Source: Octopus sinensis
Lineage: Eukaryota
DNA: 13,678 bases
Assembly: GCF_006345805.1 (NCBI RefSeq)
Contig: NW_021826083.1
Span: 1-13,678 of the forward strand
Reading direction: 5' to 3'
Position numbers and translations under genes: made by a program. Each line of letters starts with the position of its first letter. Positions within the stretch are counted from its first letter, which is position 1. Positions 1 through 8,703 of this stretch are shown piece by piece. Under the pieces are notes generated by a model. It made no database searches and was not told the origin of the DNA. It saw only the letters and a program-made list of their open reading frames with translations.

Positions 1-3000
1 CTATCTGATATCGAACTCGTGACGTTTACTTTACCAACATAACATCACTGAACACAGCAACGCTACCGAACGAGCGAACAAAAAAAAAAAGTTCTTACGC
101 TTCGGGCCGCGAGGCCCTGGCTGATATCGAACTCGTGACGTTTACTTTACCAACATAACATCACTGAACACAGCAACGCTACCGAACGAGCGAACAAAAA
201 AAAAAAAGTCCAACGCTTCGGGCCGCGAGGCCCTGCTGATATCGAACTCGTGACGTTTACTTTACCAACATAACATCACTGAACACAGCAACGCTACCGA
301 ACGAGCGAACAAAAAAAAATAATAATATTACGCTTCGGGCCGCGAGGCCCTGACTGATATCGAACTCGTGACGTTTACTTTACCAACAAAACATCACTGA
401 ACACAGCAACGCTACCGAACGAGCGAACAAAAAAAAAAAAAACTCCTACGCTTCGGGCCGCGAGGCCCTGCCTAATATCGAACTCGTGACGTTTACTTTA
501 CCAACATAACATCACTGAACACAGCAACGCTACCGAACGAGCGAACAAAAAAAAATAATATTACGCTTCGGGCCGCGAGGCCCTGACCTGATATCGAACT
601 CGTGACGTTTACTTTACCAACAAACATCACTGAACACAGCAACGCTACCGAACGAGCGAACAAAAAAAAAAAAAAGTTTTACGCTTCGGGCCGCGAGGCC
701 CTGCCTGATATCGAACTCGTGACGTTTACTTTACCAACATAACATCACTGAACACAGCAACGCTACCGAACGAGCGAACAAAAAAAAAAAAAATATTAAG
801 CTTCGGGCCGCGAGGCCCTGACTGATATCGAACTCGTGACGTTTACTTTACCAACATAACATCACTGAACACAGCAACGCTACCGAACGAGCGAACAAAA
901 AATAAAGTCTTACGCTTCGGGCCGCGAGGCCCTGTCTTATACAGAACTCGTGACGTTTACTTTACCAACATAACATCACTGAACACAGCAACGCTACCGA
1001 ACGAGCGAACAAAAAAGAAATAATATTACGCTTCGGGCCGCGAGGCCCTGACTGATATCGAACTCGTGACGTTTACTTTACCAACATAACATCACTGAAC
1101 ACAGCAACGCTACCGAACGAGCGAACAAAAAAAAAAAATTTCACGCTTCGGGCCGCGAGGCCCTGGCTGATATCGAACTCGTGACGTTTACTTTACCAAC
1201 ATAACATCACTGAACACAGCAACGCTACCGAACGAGCGAACAAAAAAAAAATAATATTACGCTTCGGGCCGCGAGGCCCTGACTGATATCGAACTCGTGA
1301 CGTTTACTTTACCAACATAACATCACTGAACACAGCAACGCTACCGAACGAGCGAGCAAAAAAAAAAAAAAAATATTACGCTTCGGGCCGCGAGGCCCTG
1401 CCTGATATCGAACTCGTGACGTTTACTTTACCAACAAAACATCACTGAACACAGCAACGCTACCGAACGAGCGAAAAAAAAAAAAAAAAATGTTTACGCT
1501 TCGGGCCGCGAGGCCCTGGCTGATATCGAACTCGTGACGTTCACTTTAAAACATAACATCACTGAACACAGCAACGCTACCGAACGAGCGAACAAAAAAA
1601 AAATAATAATACGCTTCGGGCCGCGAGGCCCTGACTGATATCGAACTCGTGACGTTTACTTTACCAACATAACATCACTGAACACAGCAACGCTACCGAA
1701 CGAGCGAACAAAAAAAAAAGTTTTACGCTTCGGGCCGCGAGGCCCTGACTGATATCGAACTCGTGACGTTTACTTTACCAACATAACATCACTGAACACA
1801 GCAACGCTACCGAACGAGCGAACAAAAAAAAAAAAAATGTTACGCTTCGGGCCGCGAGGCCCTGCCTGATATCGAACTCGTGACGTTTACTTTACCAACA
1901 TAACATCACTGAACACAGCAACGCTACCGAACGAGCGAACAAAAAAAAAATAACATTACGCTTCGGGCCGCGAGGCCCTGCCTGATATCGAACTCGTGAC
2001 GTTTACTTTACCAACATAACATCACTGAACACAGCAACGCTACCGAACGAGCGAACAAAAAAAAAAAAAAAGTTTACGCTTCGGGCCGCGAAGCCCTGAC
2101 TAATATCGAACTCGTGACGTTTACTTTACCAACATAACATCACTGAACACAGCAACGCTACAGAACGAGCGAAAAAAAAAAAAAAGTTTTACGCTTCGGG
2201 CCGCGAGGCCTATCTGATATCGAACTCGTGACGTTTGCTTTACCAACATAACATCACTGAACACAGCAACGCTACCGAACGAGCGAACAAAAAAAGAAAA
2301 GTTCTACGCTTCGGGCCGCGAGGCCCTGGCTGATATCGAACTCGTGACGTTTACTTTACCAACATAACATCACTGAACACAGCAACGCTACCGAACGAGC
2401 GAACAAAAAAAAACAATAAAAACACAAAAAACTATAACATCAGCCGCTTCGGGCCCCGAGGCCTTCGGACCCCGCGATTGATATCGAACTCGTGACGTTT
2501 ACCTTACCAACATAACATCACTGAACACAGCAACGCTACTACCGAACGAGCGAGCAAAAAAAAAAAAAAAAATGTTACGCTTCGGGCCGCGAGGCCCTGG
2601 CTGATATCGAACTCGTGACGTTTACTTTACCAACATAACACTCACTGAACACAGCATCGCTACCGAACGAGCGAACAAAAAAAAAAAAGTTTTACGCTTC
2701 GGGTTCGGCCCCGACGGGCCCTGGCTGGTATCGAAATCGTGACGTTTACTTTACCAACATAACATCACTGAACACTGCAACGCTACCGAACGAGCGAACA
2801 AAAAAAAATAATAATATTACGCTTTGGGCCGCGAGGCCCTGACTGATATCGAACTCGTGACGTTTACTTTACCAACATAACATCACTGAACACAGCAACG
2901 CCCTACCGAACGAGCGAACAAAAAAAAAAAAAGTTTTACGCTTCGGGCCGCGAGGCCCTGGCTGATATCGAACTCGTGACGTTTACTTTACCAACATAAC

Positions 3001-3912
3001 ATCACTGAACACAGCAACGCTACCGAACGAGCGAACAAAAAAAAAAATAATATTACGCTTCGGGCCGCGAGGCCCTGCCTGATATCGAACTCGTGACGTT
3101 TACTTTACCAACATAACATCACTGAACACAGCAACGCTACCGAACGAGCGAACAAAAAAAAAAAATTTTACGCTTCGGGCCGCGAGGCCCTGACTTATAT
3201 CGAACACGCGACGTTTACTTTACCAACATAACATCACTGAACACAGCAACGCTACCGAACGAGCGAACAAAAAAAAAAAAAAGATCTACCCTTCGGGCCG
3301 CGAGGCCCTGCCTGATATCGAACTCGTGACGTTTACTTTACCAACATAACATCACTGAACACAGCAACGCTACCGAACGAGCGAACAAAAAAAAATAATA
3401 ATATTAAGCTTCGGGCCGCGAGGCCCTGACTGATATCAAACTCGTGACGTTTACTTTACCAACATAACATCACTGAACACAGCAACGCTACCGAACGAGC
3501 GAACAAAAAAAAAAAAACATTACGCTTCGGGCCGCGAGGCCCTGCCTGATATCGAACTCGTGACGTTTACTTTACCAACATAACATCACTGAACACAGCA
3601 ACGCTACCGAACGAGCGAACAAAAAAAAAAGCCTTACGCTTCGGGCCGCGAGGCCCTGACTGATATCGAACTCGTGACGTTTACTTTACCAACAAAACAT
3701 CACTGGACACAGCAACGCTACCGAACGAGCGAACTAAAAAAAAAAAAAAATTTCACGCTTCGGCCGCGAGGCCCTACCTTGTATCGAACTCGTGACGTTT
3801 ACTTTACCAACATAACAACATAACATCACTGAACACAGCAACGCTACCGAACGAACGAACCATAAAATAAATAAATAAAAACGCAAAGCTACGGGTCGCG
3901 ACGTCCTGGCTG
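1..3912. repeat. Tandem satellite array, ~33 monomers of ~117 bp (mostly 114-124 bp)
   Basis: Monomer is CTGATATCGAACTCGTGACGTTTACTTTACCAACATAACATCACTGAACACAGCAACGCTACCGAACGAGCGAAC-(A)n-variable-TACGCTTCGGGCCGCGAGGCCCTG(G/A/C). Hand-counted starts: 5, 121, 236, 354, 472, 588, 705, 822 ... 3546, 3660, 3778. The array begins before the window and the last monomer is degenerate. Confidence 0.97.
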
Positions 3913-6900
3913 CTGAGGCGAGAGCTGAAAGGCTTTCAAGGGATGCCACTGCTACCGCTGTCGCACGTGCATCTGAATCTGCTGAGGCACGGTGCACTCG
4001 ACTTGAGAGTATCAACAAACGCGGGATATCATTCGTGGTGTACGTACCCCTGCCCCCGCTTTCTGGTTGTCACTAGCATCAAACTACGACGCCACAATTA
4101 ACTTCTCTTTGCGTGACGACATCAAGATAGGGTCAATGACAATTGTATGCCAGTTTTGCAAAGCCAAGAAATGGCCCGGGGAGCCACCTGGTTTGTGCTG
4201 CTCTGGTGGCAAAGGACCTGCCACCCCTACGGGGAACCACCTCAACCACTGAAGGATCTCGCGGCGGTTTACCCCCGATTCGTCACAATTCCTTGAAATA
4301 ATTCGAAGTACAATGCTCATTCCAAATGACCTTTTTCGGGGCCAAATTCCTGCCAGAGAAGGCTGGATGCCTACTTTCAAAGTGCATGGACAGCTACCAT
4401 CTATGGGTCACTTCTGCCAGACGAGATTCAGCAGTCTTCTTCCTCCAATATACTTCATTGCCGACTACAACCACCAGGTGATGCACGCCTTGGAATAATA
4501 CGGGTACAAGCTATGTTCCCGCAAAGACATTCTTCTCCGTCTCCAAACCATGCTCATGATATCAACAGCTACATCTGCAGCTTCAGATATGCCTTGGACA
4601 GTGCTCCATCTCCAAACTTCACCGTTGTCATTGATGCTGAATACGACCCCACGGGGAGCACGAACGCCGTTTCAACGCACCTGCGTGCAACGAAATTGCC
4701 GCAGTCATACACGGAGAGCAACACAACAGCCGTGACATAATCATCTCCTCCCGTGGTAACAACCTACACAGGATCAGCGAGACTCACAGATCTTATGACG
4801 CGCTTCAGTATCCATTGCTTTTCCCTATGGGGAAGACGGCTACCACTTCGGAATTCCTTTACGGCAGCCCTCCAATCAAACTACTGCGGCATCAAAGACG
4901 GTTTCCTGCAGGGCGTCTACTCATACCGGTTCATGGTCAGGGAGGGTGAGTTCAACTTATTGCCCCGTTGTCGTCAGCTATTCAACCAGTTCGCCGTCGA
5001 CATGGCCGCCCAAAATGGAATCGGAAAGGCTGCTATACATTAAACTCAATCAGACCAAACTTCGCTCCGACTCCTACATTCATCTCCGTGGACGGTTTGC
5101 AACAAGAAAATGACCCTCGCAAACATCGGCAAGCCATGCATTCTACCCTCCACCTTCACGGGAGGACCGCGATATATGCGTGAAAGGACCCAAGACGCCT
5201 TGGCCTACGTGCGCATTTACGGGGCGGACCCTCTTTATCACCTACACGTGCAATCCCAGCTGCGACGAAATCACTCGCGAACTCTCCCGGGTCAATCTCA
5301 CACCATCGACACGACATCGTTGCTAGGGTTTTCCGTCTGAAGTGGGCAAAATGAAGGATTTGATAGTTAAGGGGCAGATTTTCGGGCATGTCAGGGCCAC
5401 ATGTTTTCGGTCGAGTGGCAAAAGAGGGGCTTGCCACATGCTCACATCTTAATTTGGCTCACTTATAAAATCGAGACTAATGACATTGACAAATTCATTT
5501 CCGCCGAGATTCCCTGACCCCGATGAGGACCCCGGACTCTACGAAATTGTCCGCACTACCATGGTACACGGGCCCTGTGGACCAAATTACGCCAACACAC
5601 ATGCTACAAAAACGGATTAGCCTGCTCAAAGGGATTCCCTAAACGGTTCACTTTGGAGACTCAAACAGGCGGCGATGGGTATCCGCTGTACAAACGAAGG
5701 AGTCCAGCCAATGGAGGCCGCACGATTACGGTTGGGCAACATCAAGTGGACAACAGCTACATTGTCCCCTACTGTCCTCTCCTGTCGAAGATATTCAAAG
5801 CCCACGTCAACGTTGAGTTCTGCAGCTCCATCAGGTCAATACAATATGTCTGCAAATATATCAACAAAGGCAGCGATGCTGCCATGTTCAGCATCCAGAG
5901 GACCACCAGTCGCGACGAAGTGTCAACTACTTGGCTGGCCGGTACCTCAGCAGCAACGAAGCGTTTTGGCGCATTTACGGCTTTCCCGCTCCATCAGAGA
6001 CACCGGCTGTGGTGCAGCTTGCTGTACACTTGGAAAATGGACAGCGGATTTACTTCACAGAGCAAAGTGCTGTGCAGATAGCCACCAGCCCTAAAGACAC
6101 AACGTTGACTGGTTTCTTCAAATTATGCCAACGTGATGACTTCGCTCGAACGCTTTTGTACCACAGGTCCCATCGTACTTCGTGTGGTCTAAAAACACCT
6201 GGGTTCGACGGAAATCCGGCAAAAACGTCGAAAGCTTCCCAGGCGTCAAGTTTGACTCCTGCCTGGGTCGAGTTTACAACATCCCGCCAAACCAGCAAGA
6301 ATGCTTCTACCTCCGTCTCCTTCTACATGAGGTCATGGTCCAACAGGTTTCGCCAATATACGTACCGTCAATGGGGTTCTGTGCGACACCTCAGGAAGCA
6401 TGTATGAGACTTGGCCTTCTAGAGGATGACTCCCAGTGGGACCCACGATGGCAGAGGGTGCTTTACTGCAAACGCATCGCCCCTACGACATCTTTTCGCA
6501 ATCATTCTCAAAAATGTCAGCTTAGTGATCCACTAAGTCTCTGGATGAAATACAGGGATGACATGTCGCACGACTTCTTACGTACGGCTCAGCAACACTG
6601 CCCTCCGCCGAGATCACGTTCACCAACTTCATTTACAATTTTGCGCTCATTCAACTCGAAGACGCTGTCATCGATATGGTGGGTCTGCTTTAACAGAGTA
6701 CGGCCTTCCACCACCCACACGTGAACACGCCAATGTTATGTCTGCTGAATTGTTACGCGAAACTTCCTACTGCATTGAGGAACTGCACCAGTACGTCCAA
6801 GATAATGAACCACGGCTGCTTCCAGACCAGCGCTAGCCTACAACACCATCGTAGACTCTGTCAGACAGCAACGTGGGGTGATTTTCTTCCTTGATGCACC

Positions 6901-8172
6901 CGGCGGCACTGGCAAAACCTTCGTCACTAAACTAATTCTGGCAGAGGTCAGACGCAACACGGACATTGCCCTGGCTGTAGCTTCCTCTGGTATCGCGGCC
7001 ACGTTGCTTCCGGGTGGCAGAACCGCCCACTCTGCCTTCAGACTCCTGCTCGATCTGGCAAAGTCCGAGTCACCTATCTGCAAACATCGCCAAGAACTCA
7101 GAACAGGCCGACATTCTGCGCAGATGCAAAATCATCGTATGGGCGAGTGCACTATGGCCACAAAGGCGCCTTGAGGCACTGGACAGGTCCCTGCAAGACA
7201 TCAGAGACTCTACGGCCCCATGGGAGGATTAACTTTACTTCTTCAGGAGACTTCAGGCAGACTCTACCTGTTATTCCAAAAGGAACCCGTGCCGATGCCG
7301 TGCGCGCGTGCCTTAAGTCGTCAGCTCTTTGGGCACATGTGCGGCCCTTGCACCTCCAAACTAATATGCGCGCGCAGTTAATTGGTGACAGCGGATCCGC
7401 TGCATTCTCCAGGGACCTCTTATCGCTCGGTGAAAATAGGATGCTGTCTGATGCGGATGGCTACGTTCAATTGGACTCACTTTGCACCATTGTCGACACC
7501 CCTGCTAGCCTCCGGGACGCCTGTCTTCCACGCTACAAAACAATTTACGCGACCAAATGGCTGGCAGGCAGAGCTATTCTCGCACACCAAAAATACAACG
7601 TCAACTCCATCAATATCCAGCTACTTGAAGCTATTCCTGGTGATGTCCACGTCTACAATCTATAGATAGGACAGCAGACCCCGCCCAGCTTGCCGATTAT
7701 CCTGTTCAATTTCTGAATTCACTTGAACCGCCAGGGCCTGCCACCACACATCCTGAAGTTAAAAGTCGGTGCGCCCATTATGCTCATCAGGAATTTGGTT
7801 CCACCTAAACAGTGCAACGGCACACGTTTGGTTGTGAAACATTTGGCACCACATTTAATAACGGCCACAATACTTACCGGTTGTGGGAAGGGAGAGGACG
7901 TCTTTATTCCACGGATGCACCTTCAACCGTCGGGGCTGACCTACCAATTCACTTCAGGCGTTCTCAGTTTCCTGTTAAACTCTGCTTTACAATGTCCATC
8001 AATAAATCCCAAGGCCAAACGCTACAAGTCGCTGGGTTACATTTGGGTGAACAGTGCTTCGCCCACGGTCAACTCTACGTGGGCTGTTCACGCGTTGGGA
8101 GGCGCATGATGTTTTCATGTTTTCGCCTAACGGACAGCTAGGAACATCGTATATACAGAAGTATTCCAGTGA
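3912..8172 (+). pseudogene. Helitron RepHel (HUH Rep + Pif1 helicase) coding region, N-terminally truncated and frameshifted as given
   Basis: The + strand ORFs 4067-8239 are consecutive pieces of one RepHel protein in shifting frames. The breaks are mostly 1-2 bp deletions in homopolymers relative to copy B, so they may be sequencing error and not real decay. Confidence 0.8.
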
Positions 8173-8266
8173 AGACAAGACATTGCAACGTCCACATGCA
8201 CCTTCGTTCCCTGGAGGGAAAGGACTACATTGGGATTAGTTGTTGCCTACTAGGGGCTCTTACATA

Positions 8267-8293
8267 CCCGGGCAACGCCGGCTATGCTGCTAG
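8267..8293 (+). other. Helitron 3' terminus: subterminal hairpin and CTAG
   Basis: CCCGG-GCAACG-CCGG (one G short relative to copy B), then CTATGCTG and CTAG at 8290-8293, followed by T. This is the canonical Helitron end. Confidence 0.92.
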
Positions 8294-8296
8294 TAC

Positions 8297-8298
<2 letters not shown>

Positions 8299-8339
<41 letters not shown>

Positions 8340-8364
8340 TAAAAGAACATATATATATATATAT
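8299..8364. repeat. (TA)n microsatellite, interrupted
   Basis: AT dinucleotide run at 8299-8340 (one C), then AAAAGAAC, then an AT run at 8349-8364. Confidence 0.95.
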
Positions 8365-8365
8365 G

Positions 8366-8558
8366 TTTTTATTTACCTTGTTTCAGTCATTTGATTGTGG
8401 CCATGCTGGAGCACCGACTTTAGTCGAGCAAATCGATCCCAATACTTATTCTTATTAAGCCTAGAGGTTCGTGCCAAGCGGCTAATTGACGGGGATGTAA
8501 ACACCTCCAGCGTCGGTTGTCAAGCGATGTTCGGGGGGAGGGACAAACAGACACACAC
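8366..8558 (-). mobile_element. Probable 3' half of a SINE, resembling an abundant Octopus SINE
   Basis: The motifs TTGTTTCAGTCATTTGATTGTGGCCATGCTGGAGCACC, TTTAGTCGAGCAAATCGA and CGGTTGTCAAGCGATGTT...GGACAAACAGACACAC match my recollection of the reverse strand of a very common octopus SINE tail and the segment before its central microsatellite. This is recall, not a database result. No tRNA-like head is present here. Confidence 0.55.
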
Positions 8559-8574
8559 ATATATATATATATAT
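8551..8574. repeat. (CA)n/(TA)n microsatellite
   Basis: ACACACAC followed by an AT dinucleotide run, just left of the copy B 3' end. Confidence 0.9.
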
Positions 8575-8581
8575 TTATTTA

Positions 8582-8609
8582 CTAGCAGCATAGCCCGGCG
8601 TTGCCCGGG
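8582..8609 (-). other. Helitron 3' terminus: subterminal hairpin and CTAG
   Basis: The minus strand reads CCCGG-GCAACG-CCGGG (8609-8594), then CTATGCTG and CTAG (8585-8582), followed by T. The stem ends 12 nt from the terminus. Confidence 0.93.
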
Positions 8610-8703
8610 TATGTAAGAGCCCCTAGTAGGCAACAACTAATCCCAATGTAGTCCTTTCCCTCCAGGGAACGAAGGTGCATGTGGACGTTGCAATGTCTTG
8701 TCT

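Larger units (their letters stand above)
3911..8293 (+). mobile_element. Helitron rolling-circle transposon, copy A, 5'-truncated
   Basis: Fragmented ORFs carry the Zn finger CQFC...LCC, Helitron N-terminal region YRFMVR...LFNQFAVD, Rep motif VEWQKRGLPHAHIL (5410-5454), Y-motif QYVCKYINKG and the Pif1 motifs GGTGKT (6902-6919), SGDFRQTLPV, SINKSQGQT and HGQLYVGCSRV. It ends in a hairpin plus CTAG followed by T. Homology to copy B begins abruptly at 3911. Confidence 0.95.

Noticed and set aside
98-114. CENP-B box
   Set aside because: CTTCGGGCCGCGAGGCC matches only TTCG and two Gs of the nTTCGnnnnAnnCGGGn core.
5-120. 5S rRNA or tRNA gene array
   Set aside because: The ~117-bp length and CATAACATCACTGAAC faintly recall 5S, but the rest does not align. 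The GTTCGA motif on the minus strand lacks a pairing T-stem and cloverleaf.
1-3912. CRISPR array (constant repeat plus variable spacer)
   Set aside because: The constant part is about 100 bp and the variable part only an A-tract plus a few bases. There are no unique spacers or cas genes, and the context is eukaryotic.
1-3912. Hammerhead or HDV-like ribozyme satellite
   Set aside because: CTGATAT and CTGAACA do not fit the CUGANGA core and there is no correctly placed GAAA. GCGAA is present but I could not build an HDV double pseudoknot by eye. A covariance search would be needed to exclude it fully.
1-3912. Sequencing adapter or primer concatemer
   Set aside because: No resemblance to the ONT or PacBio adapter sequences I know. 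Subtype structure and edge degeneration look like a genomic satellite.
3734-4018. 94-aa minus-strand ORF spanning the satellite junction
   Set aside because: It is the antisense shadow of the Ala/Arg-rich STPR repeats running into satellite sequence, and ends in Phe codons from the T-run.
6878-8141. Host PIF1 helicase gene
   Set aside because: The helicase is intronless, fused downstream of an HUH Rep domain and followed by Helitron terminal signals.
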